Below, piece after piece: positions 8,513 to 18,536 of a stretch of DNA of 64,000 nucleotides (positions within the stretch are counted from its first letter, which is position 1; each line of letters starts with the position of its first letter). A model generated the notes under the pieces. The model was not told where the DNA came from and made no database searches. It saw only the letters and a list, made by a program, of their open reading frames with translations. This stretch comes from Gammaproteobacteria bacterium (GTDB lineage: Bacteria; Pseudomonadota; Gammaproteobacteria; Burkholderiales; JAHFRG01), in the NCBI GenBank assembly GCA_041495205.1, contig JBGQCF010000005.1, positions 9,343 to 73,342 on the forward strand, in the 5' to 3' direction. The position numbers were made by a program, and so were the translations under genes.

Positions 8513-10933
8513 TTACTTGCGGGTTTCCACCTGCACCAGCGGCTCATCTTCGCTCGAAGTCTGGGCAGGTCTGATGCGCGGCGGCCTTGGCGGCGCTTCG
8601 GGAGCTTCTGTTTCACCCGTTGTTACTTTGGCTTTTTCCGGGCTGGTTTCGATTTGCACCAGATCGCCCGCTTCGTTGGCCTGGTATAGGTCGGCGAGAA
8701 TTTTTGCCGGTGTTGCAGCCTCATTGACCACAACGCTATCCTGTGCCCTGTGAACAGGCGTGGACTCGGCATGAACCTCGACAGCAGGGATCACCTCGCT
8801 TGCGGGCTTCGTCTCGTTGAATTGCTGCTGAGGCGCTTCCCTGAGTTGCATCTGCGCCGTTTCTGCGACTGCTGCTGTTGCCGGCGCGGTTATCACAGGT
8901 TTAGGTGGCTGCCGTACTGGCGCGGCGTAGCTTTCTTTGCGCTCACCGCGCTCGCGCTTGCCGCCCCGCCTGCCGCGTTTGCCCCTGTGTTCACCCATCT
9001 CTTGCGGTGAATCAGGTCTCTCTGTTTTGGCCACCGCGGCTTCCGGTTTGGGCTCGGGGCGTTGCTGTCGCGGTCTTTGACCCGGTTGGTTCTCAGTCCG
9101 GTCAACCGAGCGTTGCCGTTCAGGCTGGAATCCTCTTGTCGCGGGTTCGCTTCCAGCACGGCTTCTTTGCCTGGCATGCTGTTCGAAGCGCTCGCGCCGC
9201 CTGCCGCGCATGGGTTGCCGCGTTTTGGGCTGCGCTATTTCTTTCGTCTTTTCCTCCCGTTTGAACCAGGCGAGGATTTTTGAAATCAGCGTGGGCTTGG
9301 CTGGAAGAATCACTGGGGCAGGTTGTCCGAGTGTAATTCCTTGTACCGCTGCCTCCTGGCGCACGGGTTTGGTTTCTTGTCCTGGCTTGGCTGCTTCGGC
9401 TTCTGCAGCAGGCGCTTCCACCATTTTGTAGCTCGCTGCCGGTTCGGCCTGTGCGAGTTCATCGTGGCGTAAGCGGGATATATTGTAGTTTGGTGTCTCC
9501 AGATGGATGTTCGGTATCAGCACCACGTTGACCCGAAGACGCGATTCAATGCTGTGGATTTCCGCGCGCTTTTCATTGAGCAGAAAAGTCGCAACATCGA
9601 CCGGCACCTGGGCGTAAATCGCGGCGCTGTTTTCCTTCATCGCTTCTTCCTGAAGGATTCTAAGGATGTGCAGTGCGGTTGACTCGGTGCCGCGGATGTG
9701 GCCGGTGCCGTGGCAACGCGGGCAGGGCATATGGCTGGTTTCACCTAATGACGGCTGCAGGCGCTGGCGCGACAGTTCCATGAGGCCGAAACGCGAAATC
9801 TTGCCCATCTGCACGCGCGCACGGTCATAGCGTAGCGCTTCACGCAGACGGTTTTCCACTTCGCGCTGACTGCGCTGGATTTCCATATCTATGAAATCAA
9901 TCACGATGAGGCCGCCCAAGTCGCGCAGGCGCAGTTGGCGTCCGATTTCATCCGCTGCCTCGATGTTGGTATGCAGCGCCGTTTGTTCGATATCCGTTCC
10001 GCGCGTGGCGCGCGCCGAGTTCACGTCTATTGAAACCAATGCCTCGGTGTGGTCTATGACGATGGCGCCGCCGGACGGCAGGAGAACCTGGCGTGCAAAC
10101 GCGGTCTCGATCTGATGCTCGATCTGAAAGCGCGAGAACAGCGGCACATCGTCTTTGTAAAGCTTGATGCGGTTAACATTGCTCGGCATCACATGGCTCA
10201 TGAACTGCCTGGCCTGATCGTAGATGCCCTCAGTGTCAATCAAAATTTCGCTGATCTCGGGATGGAAATAATCGCGAATGGCGCGTACCACCAGACTGCT
10301 TTCCAGGTAAATCAGAGAAGGGGCTTTTTCCTTTTTGGCGGCGTTTTCTATCGCCTCCCATAACTGCAACAGGTAATTTAAATCCCATTGCAATTCTTCG
10401 AAACTTCTGCTGATGCCGGCGGTGCGGCCGATGATGCTCATGCCCTGGGGCACGTTGAGTTGCGCCATTATGTCGCGCAATTCATTACGCTCTTCGCCCT
10501 CCACACGCCGTGACACTCCTCCGCCTCGGGGATTATTAGGCATCAGCACCAGATAGCGGCCCGCAAGACTGATGAAGGTGGTGAGCGCGGCGCCTTTGCT
10601 GCCGCGTTCATCCTTGTCCACCTGAATGATCAGTTCCTGCCCTTCGCGCAGCACGTCCTGTATGCGCGCGCGCGCCGGGTCGATGTTTTCTCCGGACTGG
10701 AAATAAGAGCGGGCGACTTCCTTAAAGGGGAGGAACCCGTGCCGTTCGCCGCCGTAGTCAACAAAGGCGGCTTCCAAGCTGGGCTCGATGCGGGTGATGG
10801 CACCCTTGTAGATATTGCTTTTGCGTTGCTCCTTGCCTGCGGATTCTATATCGAGGTCAATGAGCTGTTGACCATCGACTATCGCGACGCGCAACTCCTC
10901 GGCTTGCGTCGCGTTAAACAACATGCGTTTCAT
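8513..10933 (-). CDS. rne: Ribonuclease E
   Basis: The N-terminus MKRMLFNATQAEELRVAIVDGQ and the S1/DNase-I-like catalytic half are followed by a Zn-link (CPRCHGTG) and an Arg/Pro/Glu-rich scaffold tail. The start is placed at the conserved MKRML, 24 nt inside the listed ORF. Confidence 0.95.
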   Translation of the reverse strand: MKRMLFNATQAEELRVAIVDGQQLIDLDIESAGKEQRKSNIYKGAITRIEPSLEAAFVDYGGERHGFLPFKEVARSYFQSGENIDPARARIQDVLREGQELIIQVDKDERGSKGAALTTFISLAGRYLVLMPNNPRGGGVSRRVEGEERNELRDIMAQLNVPQGMSIIGRTAGISRSFEELQWDLNYLLQLWEAIENAAKKEKAPSLIYLESSLVVRAIRDYFHPEISEILIDTEGIYDQARQFMSHVMPSNVNRIKLYKDDVPLFSRFQIEHQIETAFARQVLLPSGGAIVIDHTEALVSIDVNSARATRGTDIEQTALHTNIEAADEIGRQLRLRDLGGLIVIDFIDMEIQRSQREVENRLREALRYDRARVQMGKISRFGLMELSRQRLQPSLGETSHMPCPRCHGTGHIRGTESTALHILRILQEEAMKENSAAIYAQVPVDVATFLLNEKRAEIHSIESRLRVNVVLIPNIHLETPNYNISRLRHDELAQAEPAASYKMVEAPAAEAEAAKPGQETKPVRQEAAVQGITLGQPAPVILPAKPTLISKILAWFKREEKTKEIAQPKTRQPMRGRRRERFEQHARQRSRAGSEPATRGFQPERQRSVDRTENQPGQRPRQQRPEPKPEAAVAKTERPDSPQEMGEHRGKRGRRGGKRERGERKESYAAPVRQPPKPVITAPATAAVAETAQMQLREAPQQQFNETKPASEVIPAVEVHAESTPVHRAQDSVVVNEAATPAKILADLYQANEAGDLVQIETSPEKAKVTTGETEAPEAPPRPPRIRPAQTSSEDEPLVQVETRK

Positions 10934-11281
10934 TTTATGCTCTCCCGCGCTCTGCACGGGCAGGGCAAACCCTTACGCGTCTATAATGGCGTTTATGTAT
11001 CGAGTATTCGTCATGTGCTCGTCATAATTTCGAATCGGCTGAAACGGACGGACAATTCACTCAACGGGTTTGTCAGTAAAATCCTGTTATCTATTTAGCT
11101 CAGGACTTAAAAATCTGCTCGGAGCGCGTATCTCGGTTGCTCTCGCTACTTTAATGTGGTGAGCGAAGTTAACCAGTTATCAGGTTTTGTCAATGTGTTC
11201 AAGCACTTGGTGCTGAACATGGGACCGGATGACGGTTTCCGCACCGGCCTGGGAAAACCATGAATTTCAAGTATAAGCAAA
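10934..11281 (-). promoter_or_regulatory. Long rne leader / divergent rne-rluC control region
   Basis: This is a 348 bp non-coding spacer between the divergent rne and rluC genes. E. coli rne has a long autoregulatory 5' UTR in the same position, but I did not verify the structure here. Confidence 0.35.
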
Positions 11282-12244
11282 ATGCGTGATTTAAGCAAAG
11301 CATCTGTTTCCTGGAGGAGCATCGGCGAGGACAGCGAAAACCAACGCATAGACAATTACTTGGCGAAGGTTTTAAAAGGAGTTCCTAAAAGCCACATTTA
11401 CCGCATACTGCGCGGCGGCGAAGTGCGGGTAAACAGCAAGCGCGTCGGGCCGACTTACCGCTTGCAGGTCGGCGATAAACTGCGCATTCCTCCTGTGCGT
11501 ACCGCCAAACGAACACCACAAGATACCGCACCGCGCTCCAACCTGCTGCTGGAGGTATTATTTGAAGATGATAGCCTGCTCGCCATCAACAAACCTAGTG
11601 GCATTGCGGTGCACGGAGGAAGCGGGGTCAGCAGCGGAATTGTCGAGCTTTTACGCATGCGCGAGCCTAAACCGAGATTTCTGGAGTTGGTGCATCGCTT
11701 GGACCGCGATACTTCTGGCATCCTGCTGCTCGCAAAAAAACGCAGCGCACTCACCACGCTCCATCAAATGCTCCGCGCGGGAGAAGTTGAAAAGCGCTAC
11801 CTGGTACTGGTCAAGGGTAGGTGGCTCAATCAAAAGCAGAGTGTCAGGCTTCCCTTGCATAAATATGTGACGGCATCCGGCGAGCGGCGCGTTGCCGTGA
11901 AAACAGGCGGGCAGGCCGCGCATACGCTGTTTTTTCTGCGCCAAAACTGGCAGGAGTTCAGCTTGCTTGAAGCGGAACTTAAAACCGGACGTACCCATCA
12001 GATCCGCGCGCATCTTGCGCATCTGGGCTTCCCCATTCTTGGTGACCCTAAGTATGGCGATTATGCATTGAATCGCGAACTGGCGAAGCGGGGCCTCAAG
12101 CGCATGTTCCTGCATGCCTGCAAGCTGGTGGTCAAACATCCCGCAAGTGGAGCAGTTTTGCAGCTGGAAGCGCCTCTCCCTGAAGACTTGCAGCGGTTTA
12201 TCGACAATCTGGAGGAGCACCGTGCTGAGCCAAGCAAAGGCTGA
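11282..12244 (+). CDS. rluC: 23S rRNA pseudouridine synthase RluC
   Basis: The protein has an S4 domain (RIDNYLAKVLKGVPKSHIYRILRGGEVRVN) and a RluA-family catalytic block (HRLDRDTSG). It lies divergent from rne, as in E. coli. Confidence 0.9.
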   Translation: MRDLSKASVSWRSIGEDSENQRIDNYLAKVLKGVPKSHIYRILRGGEVRVNSKRVGPTYRLQVGDKLRIPPVRTAKRTPQDTAPRSNLLLEVLFEDDSLLAINKPSGIAVHGGSGVSSGIVELLRMREPKPRFLELVHRLDRDTSGILLLAKKRSALTTLHQMLRAGEVEKRYLVLVKGRWLNQKQSVRLPLHKYVTASGERRVAVKTGGQAAHTLFFLRQNWQEFSLLEAELKTGRTHQIRAHLAHLGFPILGDPKYGDYALNRELAKRGLKRMFLHACKLVVKHPASGAVLQLEAPLPEDLQRFIDNLEEHRAEPSKG

Positions 12245-12911
12245 AACGGCCTTGAAGCCAAAGCGTTTTGAACTTTTGGTATTCGATTGGGACGGCACAT
12301 TAACGGATTCGGCGGACCTTATCGTGGCCTCGATGCAGGTCGCGTGTATCGATTTTGGTTTGCCGGTTCCCGATGCCAGGCAAGTGCGGCATATTATCGG
12401 CCTGGGATTCAGGGAAGCGCTGGCGCATTTACTTCCGGAGCTTCCCGTGAGTGATTACCCGCGATTGGCGGAGCGTTACCGCTATCATTTTCTTTCCAGG
12501 GATGCACCAATACCGGTTTTCCCGGGAGCCATTGAAACCATCCAAAAATTACACTCAGCGGGTTTTCTGCTTGCGGTGGCGACCGGCAAAAGCCGCAAAG
12601 GGCTGAGCCGGGATTTTCATGAGACCGGGCTGGGGCAGTATTTTCACGCTTCGCGCTGTGCCGATGAGTGTTTCTCCAAACCACATCCCGCCATGCTGCT
12701 CGAGCTGATTGAGGAATTGCAAGTTGCAGCGGACAAAACGCTGATGATCGGCGACACCACTCACGATTTGCAGATGGCGCGAAGTGCCGGAGTGGCTTCG
12801 CTCGCCGTCGGTTATGGCGCCCATTCCAAGGAAAGCCTGCTTGCGCTTTCCCCTCTTGCCTGCGTAATCGATACCCGGGAGTTGCAGCAATGGCTGAAAA
12901 CACACGCGTGA
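12222..12911 (+). CDS. HAD-superfamily phosphatase (phosphoglycolate phosphatase-like)
   Basis: HAD motif I is present (FDWDGTLTDS), along with motif IV (GDTTHD). I chose the GTG start at 12222, which overlaps the end of rluC, rather than the long upstream ORF extension. Confidence 0.8.
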   Translation: MLSQAKAETALKPKRFELLVFDWDGTLTDSADLIVASMQVACIDFGLPVPDARQVRHIIGLGFREALAHLLPELPVSDYPRLAERYRYHFLSRDAPIPVFPGAIETIQKLHSAGFLLAVATGKSRKGLSRDFHETGLGQYFHASRCADECFSKPHPAMLLELIEELQVAADKTLMIGDTTHDLQMARSAGVASLAVGYGAHSKESLLALSPLACVIDTRELQQWLKTHA

Positions 12912-13521
12912 TTTGCGATAGCCGGGACCTTGCCGATCGCGGCAAAGGGGTGCGTTTCAATCTCGAGCGTTCGGGCGGGACTTTCCCCGCTTTTGTTATT
13001 CGCTATCATGGCACGGCCTAGGAACCTCTGATTAAGTCCCACGCGGTTGCGACGGTGGCTTTCCGGGATGGGATGCGCGAAGCGAGGCGCAGCTAAGGGT
13101 CATTCCCCTTGGCAAGCCGAGCGACAAAGCAGACCGCCTGGACAAGCCCCGTCCCTCCGGGTTGCGGCAAAATGCGGCGTCTGCGTCGTTGCGCTCCTTG
13201 GCTTCGTAGGCTCAACTACGACCTTCGTCGCGCGCCTTGCATTCATCCGCATTTTGCCAGCAACGCAACCCGCGGAGGACCTAATCAGAGGTTCCTTATG
13301 CCTATTTGAACCGCTGCGCCCATATGGGCGTGGAACTGGACTGGCACGGGGGTGAATTTTTCGATAGTTCCGGGTTATACTTGGTATGTTGTACGCATGG
13401 CGCTACTTACCTTCCGGAAACCGGTCAATGTGTGGCCGGGCCGTGTAAAGGCGGTGAGTTGGAGCGTCTCGCTGTAGAAGAGAAAAACGGCAAGGTTTAC
13501 GTGATTATCCGAAGAGGCTAG
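12890..13521 (+). pseudogene. Small Rieske [2Fe-2S] protein gene split by a 276 bp MITE insertion
   Basis: The N-terminal 43 codons (MAENTRVICDS...FVIRYHGTA) run into a TAG formed at the insertion junction. Beyond the element the same frame resumes as YAYLNRCAHMG...LVCCTHGA, which holds both Rieske ligand motifs. Removing 13021-13298 restores one ~118 aa ORF. Confidence 0.8.
13021..13296. mobile_element. MITE copy A (non-autonomous element with ~19-20 bp terminal inverted repeats and a TA duplication)
   Basis: The termini are GGAACCTCTGATTAAGTCC and GGACCTAATCAGAGGTTCC(T). The element is flanked by TA at 13019-13020 and 13297-13298 and has no coding capacity. It is about 90% identical by eye to 51019-51295. 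Confidence 0.8.
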
Positions 13522-13523
13522 AT

Positions 13524-14471
13524 ATGCCGGAAAACAACAGCCCCGATAGTAACTGGGAACGTCAAGTTCTAGAAAAGCTCGCGCTTTCGGCACTGCAAGA
13601 GCAGCGCAGGGCGCGCCATTGGAGTATTTTTTTCAAGCTATTGTCGTTTATCTGGCTGTTCGGCTTGCTGTTTCTCGCCGTAGGCTGGATAGGCAAAAAA
13701 GAAGTGCCGCTTTCAGGCAAGCACACCGCGCTGGTTGAGCTCGAGGGAATTATCGCGCCCGGCACTGAAGGCAGCGCCGAGAACATTAATTCCGGGCTGC
13801 AGCAGGCTTTTAAAGACAAGAACACGCAAGGCGTCATTCTGCGCATTAACAGCCCGGGTGGCAGCCCGGTGCAGGCGGGTAGCATCAACGATGAGATACG
13901 CAGGTTGCGCGCAAAGTATCCCAATATCCCGCTGTATGCGGTGGTGGAAGACGTCTGTGCATCGGGTGGTTATTACGTCGCTGTGGCTGCCGACAAAATT
14001 TTTGTGAACAAGGCAAGCATCATCGGCTCGATTGGCGTGCTGATGGACGCTTTTGGGTTTACCGGGACCATGGAAAAACTTGGTATAGAGCGCCGCCTGT
14101 TTACCGCAGGAGAAAACAAGGGGTTTCTCGATCCATTCTCGCCGTTGAATCCTGAACAGAAAGACTATGCGCAGAAAATGCTTAACGAAATTCACCAGCA
14201 GTTTATACAAGTAGTACGCCAGGGCAGGGGCAAGCGCTTAAAGGAAACCCCGGACATATTCAGCGGCCTGGTATGGACCGGGCAAAAGAGCATTGAGCTT
14301 GGCTTGGCTGACGCCATGGGCAGTGTGGATTATGTGGCGCGGGAAGTGATTAAGGCGGAAAACGTGGTGGATTTTACCCTACATGAGAGCGTGGTCGAAC
14401 GCTTTTCGCGGCGCTTTGGCGGCGCCATGGCCAAGGCGCTGTTCGACAGCCCGCGCTGGGCTTTGCACTAG
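13524..14471 (+). CDS. sppA: Signal peptide peptidase SppA (36K type)
   Basis: The 315 aa ORF has an N-terminal TM segment and S49-family blocks (INSPGGSPVQ, CASGGYYVA). Confidence 0.9.
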   Translation: MPENNSPDSNWERQVLEKLALSALQEQRRARHWSIFFKLLSFIWLFGLLFLAVGWIGKKEVPLSGKHTALVELEGIIAPGTEGSAENINSGLQQAFKDKNTQGVILRINSPGGSPVQAGSINDEIRRLRAKYPNIPLYAVVEDVCASGGYYVAVAADKIFVNKASIIGSIGVLMDAFGFTGTMEKLGIERRLFTAGENKGFLDPFSPLNPEQKDYAQKMLNEIHQQFIQVVRQGRGKRLKETPDIFSGLVWTGQKSIELGLADAMGSVDYVAREVIKAENVVDFTLHESVVERFSRRFGGAMAKALFDSPRWALH

Positions 14472-15178
14472 CCGGCGTAAAGCAGAAACACTGTCGGCCG
14501 TTTATTGATTTCCGGTAGCTTGCTTTTCCACTCGCTGATGCGTTTGGTAGTGATGCTCTCGCTCGCGAGAGTGATATCGGTGGCCAGACACAACAGGGTG
14601 GTTTCGCGGCAGGTTTCAAGCAGGCTTTGCAGCAGCTTGCGGTTGCGGTAAGGCGCTTCGATGAAAATTTCCGTCTGATCCAGTGCTTTCGAAGTCTTTT
14701 CCAGTTCCGCAATCTTTTTTATTCTTTCCTCGCTGCTAACTGGCAGGTAGCCGTGAAAGGCAAAGCGCTGCCCGTTCAGTCCTGAAGCCATCAGCGCGAG
14801 CAGGATGGCTGAAGGGCCGACCAACGGCACCACCCTGATGCGATTTGCGTGAGCCAACTTTACCAAATCGGCGCCGGGGTCGGCTACTGCGGGGCAACCG
14901 GCTTCTGACATCAAGCCTACGTTTTTTCCTGAAAGCAGCGGCTTGAGTAGATCTGTAAGTTCCTCAGGTCGGGTATGCTCGTTGAGAACCAGGAGCTTAA
15001 TCTGCTGCAGCGGCGTGGAAAGTTCTAAACTCGCCAGATATTGTCTTGCGGTTTTGGCATTTTCCACAATAAAAGTGTCGAGGGTGGCGACAATACGCTT
15101 GACTCCCTCCGGCACCGCCACGGAAATATCACCGTGGCCGAGTGGAGCAGGGACGAGATACAAAATGCCAGGCTGCAT
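14468..15178 (-). CDS. SAM-dependent methyltransferase of the tetrapyrrole-methylase fold (RsmI-like paralog)
   Basis: The 236 aa ORF begins GILYLVPAPLG and shows the blocks SEAGCPAVADPG and PGPSA-like (LVGPSAILLAL). Confidence 0.7.
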   Translation of the reverse strand: MQPGILYLVPAPLGHGDISVAVPEGVKRIVATLDTFIVENAKTARQYLASLELSTPLQQIKLLVLNEHTRPEELTDLLKPLLSGKNVGLMSEAGCPAVADPGADLVKLAHANRIRVVPLVGPSAILLALMASGLNGQRFAFHGYLPVSSEERIKKIAELEKTSKALDQTEIFIEAPYRNRKLLQSLLETCRETTLLCLATDITLASESITTKRISEWKSKLPEINKRPTVFLLYAG

Positions 15179-15182
15179 GGGC

Positions 15183-15767
15183 CTAGATGACCTCCAGCCC
15201 TTCGTTTTTCAGCATGTCCACCAATGCGATAAGCGGCAGTCCGATTAGTGCCCAGGGGTCGTCGCCTTGCATGGCTTCAATCAGCGCGATCCCCAAGCCT
15301 TCGGTTTTGGCGCTTCCACCGCAATGATAGGGCTGTTCTTTGACGAGGTAGCTGGCAATTTGCGCATCGCTTAAACGGCGAAAGCGCACGCGGTAAGGGA
15401 TGACCTGGATTTGGGTGTTGCCGGTTGCCGCGTTGAGCAGGCACACCGCGGTGTAAAACATCGCGATTTTGCCGCGTAATAATTGCAATTGCTTAAATGC
15501 GTTTTCATGGGTGTAAGGCTTGCCAAGCTGCGCGCCTTCCAGCGTTGCAACCTGGTCACAGCCGATAATCAGTGCTTGCGGCCACTGTCTGGCTGCTGCG
15601 GCCGCTTTCGATTGAGCGAGACGTGCGGCGGTTTGTTCTGGCAATTCGCCATGCAAAGGCGTTTCATCCACATTCGGCGCAACGGTGGAAAAGGGGATGT
15701 GCAGGCGCTCGAGCAACTCGCGGCGGTAAGCGGAAGTCGAAGCCAGAACCAGCTGCGGAAGGCTCAA
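15183..15767 (-). CDS. maf: Maf-family nucleoside triphosphate pyrophosphatase (YceF-like)
   Basis: The 194 aa ORF has the block [17 protein letters not shown]. It is adjacent and divergent to yceD-rpmF-plsX, as in many proteobacteria. The start codon is TTG. Confidence 0.85.
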   Translation of the reverse strand: MSLPQLVLASTSAYRRELLERLHIPFSTVAPNVDETPLHGELPEQTAARLAQSKAAAAARQWPQALIIGCDQVATLEGAQLGKPYTHENAFKQLQLLRGKIAMFYTAVCLLNAATGNTQIQVIPYRVRFRRLSDAQIASYLVKEQPYHCGGSAKTEGLGIALIEAMQGDDPWALIGLPLIALVDMLKNEGLEVI

Positions 15768-15822
15768 AGTTTTCTCCTATGTTTTTGACACGAAACTGTA
15801 AAAATAATATCATGCGCGCCTT

Positions 15823-16323
15823 ATGTCTGAACAGATCGTGCTTGATAGCCTTGAATTTTCACGAAGCGCTGAAGTTTTACGTGGTAAAATAGCAACTGCA
15901 AAGCTGCGCCGCCTGCGCGATTATTTGTTTTCCGCTGACGGTGTCATCGAGTATGAGTTGAGCGGAGCGGTGGACGCGGAGGGGAAATCACTGCTGCATC
16001 TGGCGATCAGAGGCAAGCTTTACCTGAAATGCCAGCGCTGCCTCGGGGAGTTGGCGCATGATTTAGACCTGGTTTCGGATCTATTGCTGATCGAGGACGA
16101 AAAAGAATTCCCTGAAGTTACCGAAGAGAACGAGGCCGTGGATTGTATTTTGGCCGAAGCGGAAATGGATGTATTGGCTTTGCTCGAGGAAGAAATCATA
16201 TTGAAGCTGCCGATTTCCCCCAGGCATGAAACGGCCGCATGCAGCATGACCAAGCGTGCCGGCGGTGAAGCCGCCCAATCAGTTTTCGCGCTTCTTGCGG
16301 CGCTTAAAAAATCTGCAAAGTAA
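15823..16323 (+). CDS. yceD: YceD (DUF177) large-subunit rRNA accumulation protein
   Basis: The 166 aa ORF sits directly upstream of rpmF and has the CxxC pair (CQRCL) and acidic C-terminal half typical of DUF177. Confidence 0.85.
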   Translation: MSEQIVLDSLEFSRSAEVLRGKIATAKLRRLRDYLFSADGVIEYELSGAVDAEGKSLLHLAIRGKLYLKCQRCLGELAHDLDLVSDLLLIEDEKEFPEVTEENEAVDCILAEAEMDVLALLEEEIILKLPISPRHETAACSMTKRAGGEAAQSVFALLAALKKSAK

Positions 16324-16337
16324 ACGAGGAGTTTGTT

Positions 16338-16517
16338 ATGGCAGTTCAGCAAAACAAAAAGTCTCCGTCAAAACGCGGCATGCACCGCGCCCATGACTTT
16401 TTGGCCAACCCGCCGCTGGCGGTTGAGCCGACCACCGGCGAAGTGCATTTGCGCCATCACATCAGCCCCAACGGCTATTACCGCGGCAAAAAAGTAGTAC
16501 CCAGCAAGGGCGAATAA
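16338..16517 (+). CDS. rpmF: 50S ribosomal protein L32
   Basis: This 59-codon ORF is missing from the ORF track because it is under 60 aa. It reads [20 protein letters not shown]...[17 protein letters not shown] and has a GAGGAG Shine-Dalgarno upstream. Confidence 0.95.
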   Translation: MAVQQNKKSPSKRGMHRAHDFLANPPLAVEPTTGEVHLRHHISPNGYYRGKKVVPSKGE

Positions 16518-16556
16518 CCGTTTTCTTTCCTTGGCGCACCCCTGCCAGCACCGGTA

Positions 16557-17573
16557 ATGGATATCACGGTAGCCATTGATTGCATGGGCGGCGACCATGG
16601 TCCGCACGTCACGGTGCCTGCGGCAGTAAAATTCCAGCGGCGATATCCTGATGCCCATATTGTTCTGGTGGGTTTGCGCGAGCTTGTTGAACCTGAACTG
16701 CACGCGGCCCATCTCGAGATCAACCCGAGATTACGAATCCATCACGCCAGCGAAGTGGTGACCATGGATGAGCCACCGGCGCAGGCGCTGCGCGGCAAAA
16801 GAGATTCCTCGATGCGAGTGGCAGTCAATCTGGTCAAGAGCGGTGAAGCCCAGGCCTGCGTGAGCGCGGGGAACACCGGTGCATTGATGGCGATTTCCCG
16901 GTTTGTCCTGAAAACCTTGCCCGGTATCGAGCGCCCGGCCATCGCCTCCATCCTGCCTACGCTTCAGGGGCGCACCTGTGTGCTCGACCTGGGAGCGAAT
17001 GTTGAATGCACCCCGCAGCATCTGCTGCAATTCGGCATTATGGGCGCGACACTGATGGCCTCAGTTGAGCATATCGCAAAACCCAGCGTGGGATTGCTCA
17101 ATATCGGCGAAGAAGACATCAAAGGCAGCGAGGTGGTGAAACAGGCGGCGGAATTGCTGCGCAACAGCGGCCTCAATTTTTATGGCAACATCGAGGGCGA
17201 TGATATTTACAAGGGCACGACTGACGTCGTGGTTTGCGATGGTTTCGTTGGCAACGTGGCCCTCAAAACCTCGGAAGGACTGACGCAGATGCTGGCTACA
17301 TTTTTGCGCAACGAATTCAAGCGCAACATATTTACCAGTCTGGCCGGATTGATCGCGCTCCCGGTGATCAATGCTTATAAGCGTCGCGTTGATCCTCGCC
17401 GTTACAACGGCGCCAGCCTGCTGGGTTTACGCGGCATTGTGGTGAAAAGCCACGGCGATGCCGACAGTTTTGCATTTGAATTTGCTATTGAACGCGCGGC
17501 AGAAGAGGTGCGCAACGGCGTTTTGCGGCGCATCAGCGAACGCATGGCGCTGATTCACGAAGGGCTCGCCTGA
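16557..17573 (+). CDS. plsX: Phosphate acyltransferase PlsX
   Basis: The 338 aa ORF carries the blocks [11 protein letters not shown] and [12 protein letters not shown] and sits in the conserved rpmF-plsX-fabH order. Confidence 0.95.
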   Translation: MDITVAIDCMGGDHGPHVTVPAAVKFQRRYPDAHIVLVGLRELVEPELHAAHLEINPRLRIHHASEVVTMDEPPAQALRGKRDSSMRVAVNLVKSGEAQACVSAGNTGALMAISRFVLKTLPGIERPAIASILPTLQGRTCVLDLGANVECTPQHLLQFGIMGATLMASVEHIAKPSVGLLNIGEEDIKGSEVVKQAAELLRNSGLNFYGNIEGDDIYKGTTDVVVCDGFVGNVALKTSEGLTQMLATFLRNEFKRNIFTSLAGLIALPVINAYKRRVDPRRYNGASLLGLRGIVVKSHGDADSFAFEFAIERAAEEVRNGVLRRISERMALIHEGLA

Positions 17574-18529
17574 TGTATTCCCGCATTGCAGGCAGCGGCA
17601 GCTATCTCCCCGAAAAAATCCTTACCAACCGCGACCTCGAGGCCCTGGTGGACACCTCGGACGAGTGGATTGTCTCGCGTACCGGAATCCGCCAGAGGCA
17701 CATTGCGGCGGAAGACGAAAAAGCCAGTGACCTTGCGCTTCATGCCAGCAAGAATGCCATGCGTGCGGCACAAGTTGCGCCCGGTGACATTGATTTAATC
17801 ATCGTCGCCACCAGCACTCCCGACATGATTTTCCCGAGCACCGCATGTATCTTGCAGGCGAAACTGGGAATTAAAAACTGCCCGGCATTTGATGTACAGG
17901 CAGTGTGCAGCGGTTTCGTATACGCGCTTGCCACGGCTGATTTGTTCATCCGCTTCGGGCAATCCCATTGCGCGTTGGTGGTGGGCACCGAAGTATATTC
18001 ACGCATCCTCGACTGGTCCGACCGCGGCACATGTGTTTTATTCGGCGATGGCGCCGGGGCGATAATTGCCAAACCGAGTAAAACGCCGGGGATCATTTCC
18101 ACCCGTTTGCATGCGGATGGCAGCTACTACAAGGTTTTGTCGGTTCCGGGTAGTGTCAGCAATGGAAAAGTCGTGGGTAACGCGCATGTGGTAATGGAGG
18201 GCAATACGGTGTTCAAATTTGCCGTCAAGGTTATGTGTGAAATGGTGGATGAAGCCTTGACTGCAAACAATTTCAAAAAAAGTGATGTCAACTGGCTGAT
18301 TCCACATCAGGCGAATATCCGCATCATTGAGGCTGCTGCGAAGAAGCTGGGTTTAAGTATGGATCGGGTGGTGGTAACGGTGGATCGTCATGCCAACACT
18401 TCTGCTGCTTCGATTCCGCTTGCGCTGGACTGCGCGGTCCAGGACGGGCGCATCAAGGCGGGTGAACTTATTCTGATGGAAGGAGTGGGGGGCGGCTTTA
18501 CTTGGGGTTCGGTATTGTTGCGCTGGTAA
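17573..18529 (+). CDS. fabH: 3-oxoacyl-ACP synthase III
   Basis: The 318 aa ORF has the active-site Cys context ([15 protein letters not shown]) and the HQAN and GGGFTWG blocks. Confidence 0.95.
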   Translation: MYSRIAGSGSYLPEKILTNRDLEALVDTSDEWIVSRTGIRQRHIAAEDEKASDLALHASKNAMRAAQVAPGDIDLIIVATSTPDMIFPSTACILQAKLGIKNCPAFDVQAVCSGFVYALATADLFIRFGQSHCALVVGTEVYSRILDWSDRGTCVLFGDGAGAIIAKPSKTPGIISTRLHADGSYYKVLSVPGSVSNGKVVGNAHVVMEGNTVFKFAVKVMCEMVDEALTANNFKKSDVNWLIPHQANIRIIEAAAKKLGLSMDRVVVTVDRHANTSAASIPLALDCAVQDGRIKAGELILMEGVGGGFTWGSVLLRW

Positions 18530-18536
18530 AACAAAC

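Noticed and set aside
8513-9450. The repetitive, Pro/Arg/Glu/Ala-rich stretch at the 3' end of rne looked at first like a tandem repeat or a separate gene.
   Set aside because: It is continuous in frame with the RNase E catalytic half. It matches the expected intrinsically disordered degradosome-scaffold tail, and I could not define an exact nucleotide tandem repeat.
13047-13355. A 102 aa ORF (and the 66 aa ORF at 13109-13309) runs through MITE copy A, and a similar ORF (50811-51311) runs through copy B.
   Set aside because: These ORFs lie inside the repeat, are Arg/Ala/Pro-rich as expected from translating GC-rich non-coding DNA, and run across the element boundaries. They are not transposases.
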